In this document: one piece after another, positions 1-8,996 of the stretch
How positions within the stretch are numbered: the stretch's first letter is position 1
Layout: each line of letters begins with the position of its first letter
Assembly: GCA_963829545.1 (NCBI GenBank)
Contig: CAWHIX010000008.1
Location: 127,324 to 191,323 of the forward strand
Source: an uncultured Actinomycetes bacterium
GTDB taxonomy: Bacteria; Actinomycetota; Thermoleophilia; RBG-16-64-13
Reading direction: 5' to 3'
DNA length: 64,000 nucleotides
Translations under genes and position numbers: made by a program
The notes under the pieces: model-generated
What the model was told of the DNA's origin: nothing
Database searches by the model: none
The model's input: the letters and a program-made list of their open reading frames with translations, nothing else

Positions 1-1988
1 GCGAGAACCCCGACCGCGGCCTGTTCCAGGGCAACGGTGCCTTCGGCGGCGGCGTGGTCCAGCCCAGCGGCGACGTGCTCAGGCTGGGCTTCAACCACGT
101 CATCGGCCTGGCCAAGGCCGAGATGGAGAAGATGAAGACCGAAGGGTTCGGGGAAATGCGCGCGAGCACCAATGCGCTGCGCAAGTGGTACCTGCTCAAG
201 TCCATCGTCATCATGTTCGAGGCCCTCATAACCTTCGCCAAGCGGCATGCCGCGCTGGCGCGCGAGCTGGCCGAGAAGACGACCGATCCGGTCCGCAAGG
301 CCGAACTCCTCAAGATCGCCGACGTGTGCGAGCGCGTACCGGCCGAGCCGCCGCGCGATTTCTGGGAGGCCGTCCAGTCGGTGCGCTTCATGCATCTGTC
401 GGCCTGGAAAGAAAGCTCCGACCGCGCCGAGGTTCCAGTCGGTCGTATCGACCAGTTCTGGTATCCCTACTACAAGGCCGACATCGAGAGCGGCAAGATC
501 ACGCGCGCCCAGGCCGCCGAACTGATCGGGGCGATGTGGCTCAAGATCCGCGAGGTCGAGAACCTGGTCACCATCAAGCGCGAGCACCGCGCCGCCCCGG
601 GCAGCCAGTTGCCGAACGTCACGCTGTGCGGGCGCGACAAAGACGGCAACGATCTCACCAACGAGCTTTCCTGGATCGTCCTCGAGGTCATGGCTCAGAT
701 CCACTTGTCCGAGCCGGCCGTCTACGTGCGCTACCACGAGGATCAGGACGAGGACTTCATCGTCCATGCCCTCAAGTGCAACCGTGAGTTCGGCGGCGGC
801 AACCCCGCGTTCCTCAACGACGAGCTGGGCACTCGGCGCTACCTCGATCGCGGCGTACCCATAGAGGACGCCTGCAACTGGAACGCCAGTGGCTGCCTCG
901 GCTACCACATGGAGTGCGCGGAGCACATGGCCGGCGCGTTCAACTTGGTGCAGACCAAGGTCATGGAGGTGACCCTGCACGATGGTTTCGACCCGCGCAC
1001 CGGCAAGCAGATCGGCCTGCATACGGGCGACCCGAGGAACTTCACCTCCATCGAGCAACTCCACGAAGCCTTCCTCAAGCAGGAGGACTACTTCGCGGAG
1101 AAGATGCGCGAGCACTACTTCATCTGGTGGACCACCGAGGCCGCCAACAGCCCCATGAGCGGGCTGCGTGCCGGCATGCTGTTCCGCGACTGCATCCCCG
1201 CCGGTATCGCCTCACGCGAGGGCGGCTGCCGCTATCCCGTGGGGAAGGCCTCGTGGGTGGGCGACAAGGGCATCTGTGACTGCGCCGACTACATGGCCGA
1301 CATCCAGTACCTGGTCTTTGACGAGAAGAAAGTCACCATGGCGCAACTGCTCGAGGCCATGGACGCCAACTGGGAAGGCCACGAGGACATCCGCCAGATG
1401 TGCCTGAAAGCTCCCAAGTACGGCAACGACGACGACTACGTCGACGACTGGTATGTCCGTCTGTCGCGGGACACCCAGGCGATCCTGCAGAGCCGTCCCG
1501 ACCCCATCACCGGTGAGAAGCCCATGCTGTTCAAGGGTGCCGCAGCCGGTCATGTGACCCAGGGCAAAGCCGTGGGCGCCATGCCCAACGGCCGCTTCGC
1601 AGGCACTCCCATCTACGACGGCGGCACCTCCGCCATGGCCGGTGGAGACGTCAGCGGCCCGACGGCCCTCATACTGTCCGCCACCAAGTACCCGACCGCC
1701 TACGAATGCGCCGGTGTGGCCCATAACATGAAGTTCTCCAAGGCGGTCCTCAATTCGCCTGAGAAGCTGCGCAAGATGGCGGCGCTCATCAAGACCTTCA
1801 ACAAGCGCGACGGATGGCACATCCAGTTCAACATCCACAGTGCCGCCGAGCTCATGGAGGCCCGCGAGAAGCCCGAGGCCCACAAAGACCTGCTCGTCCG
1901 TGTGGGCGGCTACAGTGCGTACTTCGTCGATCTGCCGCCCGAACTCCAGGAGGAGATCGTAGAGCGCACCATGCACGAAGTCGGGTAA
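1..1988 (+). CDS. Glycyl radical enzyme (GRE), C-terminal about 650 aa; the 5' end lies upstream of the window. It belongs to the PFL2 / eliminase-decarboxylase-like clade and the substrate is unknown.
   Basis: The reading frame is open back to base 1 (E-N-P-D-R-G...). The C-terminus RVGGYSAYFVDLPPELQEEIVERTMHEV carries the conserved glycyl-radical motif RVxGYSA(F/Y)F and the downstream ...Q.(D/E)II.RT.HE pattern of non-PFL GREs. A cognate activase gene follows immediately. Confidence 0.85.
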   Translation, partial: ENPDRGLFQGNGAFGGGVVQPSGDVLRLGFNHVIGLAKAEMEKMKTEGFGEMRASTNALRKWYLLKSIVIMFEALITFAKRHAALARELAEKTTDPVRKAELLKIADVCERVPAEPPRDFWEAVQSVRFMHLSAWKESSDRAEVPVGRIDQFWYPYYKADIESGKITRAQAAELIGAMWLKIREVENLVTIKREHRAAPGSQLPNVTLCGRDKDGNDLTNELSWIVLEVMAQIHLSEPAVYVRYHEDQDEDFIVHALKCNREFGGGNPAFLNDELGTRRYLDRGVPIEDACNWNASGCLGYHMECAEHMAGAFNLVQTKVMEVTLHDGFDPRTGKQIGLHTGDPRNFTSIEQLHEAFLKQEDYFAEKMREHYFIWWTTEAANSPMSGLRAGMLFRDCIPAGIASREGGCRYPVGKASWVGDKGICDCADYMADIQYLVFDEKKVTMAQLLEAMDANWEGHEDIRQMCLKAPKYGNDDDYVDDWYVRLSRDTQAILQSRPDPITGEKPMLFKGAAAGHVTQGKAVGAMPNGRFAGTPIYDGGTSAMAGGDVSGPTALILSATKYPTAYECAGVAHNMKFSKAVLNSPEKLRKMAALIKTFNKRDGWHIQFNIHSAAELMEAREKPEAHKDLLVRVGGYSAYFVDLPPELQEEIVERTMHEVG

Positions 1989-2076
1989 GCAAGACCGTTC
2001 ATCCCTGGGGCGCCGCCGCCGAAGGCGGCGGCGCCCCGAAGGGTTCTCTCATGATTCGAGCGAGGAGTGATCGGCA

Positions 2077-2988
2077 GTGACCAGCGTTACTGGGACCGTT
2101 TTCAATATCCAAAGGTACAGCATCGACGATGGTCCGGGCATCCGCACTACCGTCTTCTTCAAGGGTTGCCCGCTGAGTTGCGTGTGGTGCTCCAACCCGG
2201 AGTCTCAGAGCCCGGAGCCGGAACTCATGCATCGCGAATCCCTCTGCAAGCGCTGCTACCGCTGTGTGGAGGCCTGCTCCGTCGGTGCGGTCAGCATCGG
2301 CCCTGACGGTGTCGTCATCGACCGAGACCTCTGCACCGTCTGCGGGGATTGCGTTGAGGCTTGTCCGCACGACGCCATGCGCATCACAGGCAAACAGATG
2401 TCGGTGGATGAGGTGATCGCGGTGGCGGAGCGCGACCTGGACTTCTACCGCGACTCGGGTGGCGGCGTCACCCTTTCCGGGGGTGAGGTGCTGCTTCAGC
2501 CGGAGTTCGCCCTGGAGATCCTCAAGCGCCTGCACGACGCCGGCCTCCATACCTGCCTGGATACCTCTGGGCTGGGAGACACGGAAGGGCTGCGCAAGCT
2601 CCTTCCCTTCGTCGACCTCGTCTACTTCGACATCAAACACATCGACCCGAAGATCCACAAGGCCCAAGCCGGCCGTACGAACGAGGCCATCCTGCGCAAC
2701 TTTGGCGAGGTGGCCGCGAGCGGCGTCGAACTGGTGGTGAGGGTGCCCGTCGTCCCCTATTTCAACGATTCAAGCGACGCCATCTCCGACATCGCCGAGT
2801 TGGTCGCCGTGCATGCGCCGGGCGCGACCGTCCATCTGCTGCCCTATCATCGCTACGGACAGCAGAAGTACGGGATGCTCGGTCTGGACTACGAGCTGGC
2901 GGCGGCCGAATCTCCGTCACAGGACTTCATGAAGGCGGCCTGCAAGATCCTGCAGACCCGTGGGCTTACCTGCGAGGTGGCCGTCTAG
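2077..2988 (+). CDS. Glycyl-radical-enzyme activating enzyme (radical SAM) with two extra ferredoxin-like [4Fe-4S] motifs.
   Basis: N-terminus VFNIQRYSIDDGPGIRTTVFFKGCPLSCVWCSNPES is the PFL-activase radical-SAM CxxxCxxC signature. Two CxxCxxCxxxCP motifs lie between residues 50 and 100. It sits directly 3' of the GRE gene. Confidence 0.9.
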   Translation: MTSVTGTVFNIQRYSIDDGPGIRTTVFFKGCPLSCVWCSNPESQSPEPELMHRESLCKRCYRCVEACSVGAVSIGPDGVVIDRDLCTVCGDCVEACPHDAMRITGKQMSVDEVIAVAERDLDFYRDSGGGVTLSGGEVLLQPEFALEILKRLHDAGLHTCLDTSGLGDTEGLRKLLPFVDLVYFDIKHIDPKIHKAQAGRTNEAILRNFGEVAASGVELVVRVPVVPYFNDSSDAISDIAELVAVHAPGATVHLLPYHRYGQQKYGMLGLDYELAAAESPSQDFMKAACKILQTRGLTCEVAV

Positions 2989-3021
2989 CGTCGGCCGCCG
3001 ACTATCAGAGAGAGGGGACTG

Positions 3022-3456
3022 ATGGAGGACCATCTGGGCACTGTCATCACAGGGACCATCGGCGTCGACGCCCATGTGATAGGCACGAAGGTCATATCGA
3101 GGGCTCTGCGCGAAGCCGGCTTCAAAGTCGTAGAACTGGGCGCCCAGACACCGGCCGAGGAGTTCATCATGGCCGCCCAGGAGACTGCGGCGGACGCCAT
3201 GATGATCAGTTCTCTGTACGGCATGGCCGAGATGGATCTCGAGGGTTTCAGGGACAAGTGCACCGAGGCGGGTCTGGAAGATATCCTGCTCTACGTGGGC
3301 GGCATCCTGGGCGTGTCGCGGCGCAACTTCGCCGAGGACGAAGCCAAGTTCAAGGGGATGGGGTTCGATCGCGTATATCCGCCGGAGACCGATATCCGTG
3401 AGGGTATCGCCGATCTCAAGGCCGACCTCAGCCTTAAGCTTGCCGAGCGCCCCTAA
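3022..3456 (+). CDS. Glutamate mutase S (sigma) subunit-like B12-binding protein (MutS/GlmS type, 144 aa).
   Basis: DxHxxG motif (GVDAHVIGTKV). The conserved blocks SSLYGMAEMDLEGFRDKCTEAGL and FKGMGFDRVYPP match, from memory, the Clostridium glutamate mutase S protein ([23 protein letters not shown] / FKAMGFDRVYPP). Confidence 0.8.
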   Translation: MEDHLGTVITGTIGVDAHVIGTKVISRALREAGFKVVELGAQTPAEEFIMAAQETAADAMMISSLYGMAEMDLEGFRDKCTEAGLEDILLYVGGILGVSRRNFAEDEAKFKGMGFDRVYPPETDIREGIADLKADLSLKLAERP

Positions 3457-3494
3457 GGTCCGGCGGGCGGATCTTCACGGGTAGGTCGGTCTTC

Positions 3495-4937
3495 GTGAGC
3501 GACATCCGGCTCTTCGTCGATTTCGGCAGTACCTTCACCAAGCTGGTGGCCTTCGACCTGGAGGCCGAGGAACTTCTGGGCCGGGTACAGGTGCCGTCAA
3601 CGGTCGATCGAGATATCACCGTCGGCCTCGAAGAAGCCTTCTCTCTCCTGGCTGAGACGGTCCCCATCGGAGAGGCCGAGCGCCGGCGCACGGTGGCCTG
3701 CAGCAGCGCCGCCGGCGGGCTCAGAGTCGTGTGTGTCGGCCTGGTGCCGGAGTACACCACCGAAGCGGGTCGGAGGGCGGCTCTGGGGGCCGGAGCCAAG
3801 ATCGTCGGCTCCTACTCCTTCGAGTTGACCGAGGCCGAGCTGCGCGAGATCGGGGAGATAGCTCCGGATATCGTCCTGCTCACAGGGGGGACCGACGGCG
3901 GCAATCAGAAGGTGATCACGCACAACGCCGCCATGCTGGCACGGTCGGGGCCCGGCGTGACGAACATCATCGTGGCGGGTAACAAGTCGGCCTACGACGC
4001 CGTCGAGGCGCTGTTCTCCGGCTCCGGCAAGAACGTCATCTACACCTCCAACGTCATGCCCGAGATCGGCGTGCTCGAGGTCGATGCGGCCAACGGCAAG
4101 ATTCGCGACCTGTTCATCGCCCGCATCACCGAGGCCAAGGGCATCGGCCGGGCTCGGAGCATGATCGCCGACGTGATCATGCCCACGCCGGCGGCCGTCC
4201 TCGAGGCTGCGAAGCTGCTCGCCGACGGCACCGCCGGGCAGCCGGGTCTGGGCGAGTTGCTGCTGGTAGATGTCGGCGGGGCCACGACGGATGTGTACTC
4301 CGTCGCCAAAGGAACACCCGCAAACGGCTCGGTCCACGTCGTCGGCCTGCCCGAACCCTACGCGAAGCGAACGGTCGAGGGCGATCTCGGCCTGTTCCAC
4401 AATCTGGATACCTTGCAGGAGACCGTGGAACCGGACAACATGCCTCCGGGCTTCCCCGAGGCGGTTGCAGCCATGCGTGCCGAGAACAGCGTGCCCTCGG
4501 GAGTGGAGCAGGTCGCCTGCCACCTCTTGCTGACCAAGGCGGCCGTCCGCTCGGCGGTGAACCGTCACGCGGGTTCGCTCAAGTCTGTGGCGACTCCCAA
4601 CGGAGAGGTATGGCTGCAGCGGGGCAAGGACCTCACTGAGGTCGGCTGGCTGGTGGGCGCCGGGGGTCCCGTCTGCTTCTCGGCCGATCCCGTCCAGGTG
4701 CTCGAGGGCGCAGTGTTCGAGCCCGGCTTCCCCATGTTGCTCAAGCCCAAGGCGCCGCAGATGCTCCTCGACGCACACTACATTCTCTTTGCCCTGGGCC
4801 TCCTCGCCCAGAGCGAACCCTTGAAGGCCCTGGCGCTGATGCGGAGGTACGTGACGCCTCTGCAGTCTCCACGATCGCCGGCTCACGAGGAACGCACGAC
4901 CAGCCAGGAAAGGACGGAGGAACATGTCGGGGTCTGA
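3495..4937 (+). CDS. GlmL/MutL-like ATPase (glutamate mutase accessory protein family; actin/ASKHA fold).
   Basis: GTG start. N-terminus RLFVDFGSTFTKLVAFD is the phosphate-1 motif of the GlmL family. The protein is 480 aa and sits directly after the glmS-like gene, as in clostridial glmS-glmL-glmE operons. No glmE follows. Confidence 0.7.
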   Translation: MSDIRLFVDFGSTFTKLVAFDLEAEELLGRVQVPSTVDRDITVGLEEAFSLLAETVPIGEAERRRTVACSSAAGGLRVVCVGLVPEYTTEAGRRAALGAGAKIVGSYSFELTEAELREIGEIAPDIVLLTGGTDGGNQKVITHNAAMLARSGPGVTNIIVAGNKSAYDAVEALFSGSGKNVIYTSNVMPEIGVLEVDAANGKIRDLFIARITEAKGIGRARSMIADVIMPTPAAVLEAAKLLADGTAGQPGLGELLLVDVGGATTDVYSVAKGTPANGSVHVVGLPEPYAKRTVEGDLGLFHNLDTLQETVEPDNMPPGFPEAVAAMRAENSVPSGVEQVACHLLLTKAAVRSAVNRHAGSLKSVATPNGEVWLQRGKDLTEVGWLVGAGGPVCFSADPVQVLEGAVFEPGFPMLLKPKAPQMLLDAHYILFALGLLAQSEPLKALALMRRYVTPLQSPRSPAHEERTTSQERTEEHVGV

Positions 4938-5397
4938 TGCGCAGAAGTACTTTGTTAGTAGACCGGCCTACGAGATCGTCCCGGCCGTCGAGGTGGCGGG
5001 TCGCATACCCGCCATGACCCTGCTGAGCAACAACCTTATCCCCGGCGCCGACAACTACGTGGAGGCCGGCTGGATACTGGCCATGCCCGATCCGCCGACC
5101 CACATCTTCGAGCACGTGCACGACTACGACGAGATCGTCATGCACATCGGCACCGATCCCAACGATCCGGAGGATCTGGGGGCCGAGATCGAGTTCGTTG
5201 TGGACGGAGAGCCGCTCATACTCACCAAGACCTCTTCCGTGTTCGTGCCCAAGGGTGTGAAGCATGGTCCCTTGACTTGGAAGTCGTTCAGCAAGCCCCA
5301 CTTGGAGATGACGGTCATGCTCGGCGCCGGCAGTCTGGCCGAAGCCGATCCCGGTGGCCACATGGAGAAGATGGAACAGGGCGGTGTGGAGAAGTGA
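4924..5397 (+). CDS. Small metal-binding cupin, 157 aa, function unknown (family A, copy 1).
   Basis: Cupin motif 1 HVHDYDEIVMHIG (HxHxxxE) and motif 2 VPKGVKHGP (PxGxxH). It overlaps the end of the GlmL-like gene. Confidence 0.6.
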   Translation: MSGSDAQKYFVSRPAYEIVPAVEVAGRIPAMTLLSNNLIPGADNYVEAGWILAMPDPPTHIFEHVHDYDEIVMHIGTDPNDPEDLGAEIEFVVDGEPLILTKTSSVFVPKGVKHGPLTWKSFSKPHLEMTVMLGAGSLAEADPGGHMEKMEQGGVEK

Positions 5398-5876
5398 GCG
5401 AGTCGAAGTACGGCAAGTACATCCTCACCGAGGACCGCATGCCGCCCATGCCCGAGGCGATGGTCAAGGCCATGGATGATCAGGCGAAAGAGGGCAAGAC
5501 ACTCGACCGGACGATGCTGCTGGGCATCATGGACTCCATCGTGCCCGGGTGCTCGCTCTTCGCGGGCTGCGAGATCCTGTGGGGACTCCCCGGGGGCCAA
5601 CCGGTCGACATCGAGATACCTCACAGCCACGATTTCGACGAGATCATTGGGTTCGGCGGGACGAACCGGAACTACCCCCGGGAACTGGGCGGCGAGATCG
5701 AGTTCCACATGGGGGGCGAGACGCACACCATCACCAAGACCTGCCTCATCTTCGTGCCCAAGGGCGTGGAACACTGTCCGGTCACCCTCAAGCGTATCGA
5801 TACCCCCATCTTCATGTTCGAAGCGGCCAACGACCCCGACTACGTGAAGCAGTTCCAGCCTGAGACCGTAGAATGA
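5395..5876 (+). CDS. Small metal-binding cupin, paralogue of the preceding gene (family A, copy 2).
   Basis: GTG start overlapping the stop of the previous gene (GTGA). Motifs HSHDFDEIIGFGG and VPKGVEHCP. It aligns along its whole length with 4924..5397. Confidence 0.6.
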
Positions 5877-5886
5877 GGAGAGACTC

Positions 5887-6381
5887 ATGGCGATGACCTA
5901 CGACGAGTTCGCTGCCTGGATAGACGAGTACTTCGAGGCCTTCAACCTTTATGGCCAGGACCCGGCTGAGATCCACCGCATGGACAAGTACTTCTCCAAG
6001 GATGTGGTGTACAACCCCTACATCGCCTACGTGGGCAAGGTGACCGGCCGGGACAACTGGTACAAGGTACTCACGTCACACCCCTCCGGCATCGAGCGGT
6101 TGACCCCCGAGCACTTGGTCATCGATGAAGGGCGGCAGGTCTTCGTCGCCCAGATAAGGACCGACATAATCGACCGCGACACCCAAGAGCTACTGCTCAC
6201 CAAGCGCTATCTGTGCCGCTATCCCCTGGTGGAAGAGGACGGTGTCATGAAGATCGAGCGCCTCGACTTCTTCTGGGAGATCCTGCCGGCGGGCGCCCTG
6301 GAGATCGACGATGTCTTCGAACGTGACTGGAAACAGAACGCCGACGGACCGCAGCGCATGCTCGGAGGAGGAACAGAATGA
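5887..6381 (+). CDS. NTF2/SnoaL-like (ketosteroid-isomerase-fold) protein, copy 1.
   Basis: 164 aa. N-terminal pattern (D/E)xxxWxDEYFEAFN and overall hydrophobic patterning are typical of the SnoaL/NTF2-like superfamily. It is paralogous to the following ORF. Confidence 0.55.
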   Translation: MAMTYDEFAAWIDEYFEAFNLYGQDPAEIHRMDKYFSKDVVYNPYIAYVGKVTGRDNWYKVLTSHPSGIERLTPEHLVIDEGRQVFVAQIRTDIIDRDTQELLLTKRYLCRYPLVEEDGVMKIERLDFFWEILPAGALEIDDVFERDWKQNADGPQRMLGGGTE

Positions 6382-6839
6382 AACCGACGCGCGACGACAT
6401 CGTGAAGTGGATGAACGACTATTTCGCCGAGTACAACGCCAGCGCGCAGGACGCTGAGACCGTTCACGCCATGGACACGTACTTCGCCCCCGACCTCACC
6501 TTCATACCTTATATGAGCGCCTTCGGCGGGCCGGGAGCGGCGATCACCGGCAGTGAGAATTTCTACCGTACGCTGACCACTCATCCCGACGACTACGAGA
6601 GGTTCGAAGTACTCGACATCTTCGTCGACGAGGAGCGCCTGGTGTCGGTCGCGTTTCTGATCGCGCGGATCTTCAGTACGAAGACCGACGAACTGCTGGT
6701 GCAGAAGCACTACCTGCCTCTCTATGAACTGGCCATCAACGACGACGGCGAGCTGAAGATCAAGACCATCCGGTTCTTCTGGGAAGCCTCTCCCCCGGAG
6801 GTCGACGCAAACTACTCAGGCGCGGCGAAGGGACGATAG
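6378..6839 (+). CDS. NTF2/SnoaL-like protein, copy 2 (tandem paralogue).
   Basis: 153 aa. IVKWMNDYFAEYNA corresponds to FAAWIDEYFEAFNL in copy 1. The ATGA overlap indicates translational coupling. Confidence 0.55.
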   Translation: MKPTRDDIVKWMNDYFAEYNASAQDAETVHAMDTYFAPDLTFIPYMSAFGGPGAAITGSENFYRTLTTHPDDYERFEVLDIFVDEERLVSVAFLIARIFSTKTDELLVQKHYLPLYELAINDDGELKIKTIRFFWEASPPEVDANYSGAAKGR

Positions 6840-6843
6840 CAAG

Positions 6844-8937
6844 ATGACGTCTAAGTACGAGAAGCTCCTTGAGCCCGGCCGCATCGGGCCCGTGACCACC
6901 CGCAACCGCATCCTCAAAACCGGTGCGGGCATGCTCATGTGGCACGAGGACGACGTCCACATGCGGCCGGAGATGCTGGCCTTCTACGAGCGCATGGCGC
7001 GCGGGGGCACCGGTCTCATAATCGTCGAGTCGCCCACCATCGACTACCCCGCCGGGGCGCGCTGGCGCCAGCGCTACCGTATCGACGACGACCGCTTCAT
7101 CGAGGGGATGAAGGAACTGGTAGACGTCATGCACAAGCATGGCTGCCCGACCTTCATGCAGATGAACCACGATGGTCCCTGGCAGGTCAATCTGTCCCAC
7201 ATCGAGCCCAACCAGGTGTTCGCGGGGCCGCCCTTGGGCGCCTCGCCGGTCTCGGTGCCCTGCGTAGCCGATTTCCACAACGAGGTCCCGCGCGAGATCA
7301 CCATCGCGGAGATCGAAGGCCTGGTGGACAAGTTCGCCGCGGCGGCGGAGCGGGCCAAGAAGGCGGGCTTCGACGGCGTCGACGTCAACGCCGCCAGCAG
7401 CCATCTGCTCCACAACTTCCTGTCCCCGTTCTGGAATCGCCGCACCGATATCTACGGCGGCTCGAGCGAGAACCGCTCCCGCTTTCCCGGCCAGGTGATC
7501 ACCGAGATCAAGCGCCGCTGCGGCAAGGACTTCGCCTGCACCGTCATCATCAACGGGCTCGAGGTCGGCCAGGTCCTGGGCTTCGAAGACAGCCAGATGC
7601 TCACCCCGCAGATCGCTCGCGAGAACGCGCGTTGGCTCGAGAAGGCCGGGGCCGACGCCATCATGGTGAGAAGCCACTGGCTCGGCTACCACGTTCCCGG
7701 GTATCTCACCGACCTGCTCTTCTACCCCGAGCCGCCCATCCCGCTGGAGGACTTCCCCAAGGAGTACTACGCCAAGGAACTGGGGGCAGGTGCCAATACC
7801 CTGCTTGCCGCCGGTATCAAGAAAGAGGTCTCCATCCCGGTCACGGTCGTGGGCAGGCTCGACGCCGACATGGGCGAGAGGGTTCTTGAAGCGGGCATGG
7901 CCGACTTCATCGGCATGACCAGACGCCTCCACGCCGATCCGGACTACGTGAACAAGTTGCGCGAAGGCCGTCTGGACGACATCGCCCCGTGCACCGGCTG
8001 CGACAATTGCCTGGGTACCAAGCGTTGCAGGATCAACGCTCTGCTGGGCACGCCCTACACCGACATCGAGAAGGCCGACAAGAAGAAGAAGGTTCTCGTG
8101 ATCGGCGGCGGTCCGGGCGGTATGGAAGCCGCCCGTGTCTCGGCCCTTCGCGGCCACGACGTGACCCTGTACGAGAAGGCCCCCAAGCTCGGCGGGCTGC
8201 TTCCCATCGCCGCCATCGTCAAGGGTCCTCATCCCGAGGACGTGCCCCTGATCGCCGAATACCTCGAGGGCCAGATTCGCAAGCTGGGTGTGAAGGTGGT
8301 CACAGGCAAAGAGGCCGGCATGGCCACGGTCGAGCAGATCAAGCCGGACGTGGTCTTCATGGCCACCGGCGCCACGGCGACCATCCCGGCCATCAAGGGG
8401 ATCGACCGGTCGAACGTGGTGAGCGGCGCGGCCTTGCACAAGAAGCTCAAGATGGCCACACGCTTCGTGTCGCCCTACAGGCTTCGCTACCTTACGAAGT
8501 TCTACATGCCCATGGGCAAGAAGGTCGTCGTGATCGGCGGCGCGCTTCAGGGTTGCGAGCTGGCCGAGTTCTTGGTCAAGCGCGGCCGCACCGTGACCAT
8601 CGTCGAGCAGGCGGAGATGCTGGGCGACGGTATGATCGACGCCGTCCTTGGCAATCTCATGATCTGGTTCGAGAAGAAGGGCGTTCGCATGCTCTCCGGC
8701 GTGAAGGAGTACGTGGAGATCACCGACCGGGGTCTGACGCTGGTGACCGGCGACGGGATGACCGTGACCCTGGAGGCCGACACCTTCGTCTCCGCACTAC
8801 CGCTGACGTCGAACGCGGATCTTCTGCCGGCGCTGAAGGAGAAGGTGGCGGAGGTCTACCCCATCGGTGACGGGAATCAGCCCGGCCTCATCGCCGACGC
8901 CATCGGCACGGGCCTGCGCACGGCTCGGGAAGTGTGA
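6844..8937 (+). CDS. OYE-family NADH:flavin oxidoreductase / enoate reductase with a C-terminal FAD/NAD(P)-binding domain and a [4Fe-4S] motif (2-enoate reductase / 2,4-dienoyl-CoA reductase architecture).
   Basis: 697 aa. N-terminal OYE TIM-barrel segment. CTGCDNCLGTKRC cluster motif. Rossmann dinucleotide fold VLVIGGGPGGMEAAR...LYEK. Confidence 0.85.
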   Translation: MTSKYEKLLEPGRIGPVTTRNRILKTGAGMLMWHEDDVHMRPEMLAFYERMARGGTGLIIVESPTIDYPAGARWRQRYRIDDDRFIEGMKELVDVMHKHGCPTFMQMNHDGPWQVNLSHIEPNQVFAGPPLGASPVSVPCVADFHNEVPREITIAEIEGLVDKFAAAAERAKKAGFDGVDVNAASSHLLHNFLSPFWNRRTDIYGGSSENRSRFPGQVITEIKRRCGKDFACTVIINGLEVGQVLGFEDSQMLTPQIARENARWLEKAGADAIMVRSHWLGYHVPGYLTDLLFYPEPPIPLEDFPKEYYAKELGAGANTLLAAGIKKEVSIPVTVVGRLDADMGERVLEAGMADFIGMTRRLHADPDYVNKLREGRLDDIAPCTGCDNCLGTKRCRINALLGTPYTDIEKADKKKKVLVIGGGPGGMEAARVSALRGHDVTLYEKAPKLGGLLPIAAIVKGPHPEDVPLIAEYLEGQIRKLGVKVVTGKEAGMATVEQIKPDVVFMATGATATIPAIKGIDRSNVVSGAALHKKLKMATRFVSPYRLRYLTKFYMPMGKKVVVIGGALQGCELAEFLVKRGRTVTIVEQAEMLGDGMIDAVLGNLMIWFEKKGVRMLSGVKEYVEITDRGLTLVTGDGMTVTLEADTFVSALPLTSNADLLPALKEKVAEVYPIGDGNQPGLIADAIGTGLRTAREV

Positions 8938-8996
8938 GCATGGTCCACGCGGGCGATACCACGAGCGGAAGCGGCGCCAGGGCGCGGCACGGCTAC

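Noticed and set aside
185-1976. Several long ORFs overlapping the GRE gene in other frames or on the other strand (185..787, 247..525, 914..1279, 1212..1976 and others)
   Set aside because: Typical shadow ORFs of a 65% GC coding region. They are arginine/proline/alanine-rich, have no family signal, and sit entirely within a well-supported gene.
3597-4925. 442-aa ORF antisense to the GlmL-like gene
   Set aside because: Low-complexity R/G/A-rich translation. The sense strand encodes a clear ASKHA-fold protein.
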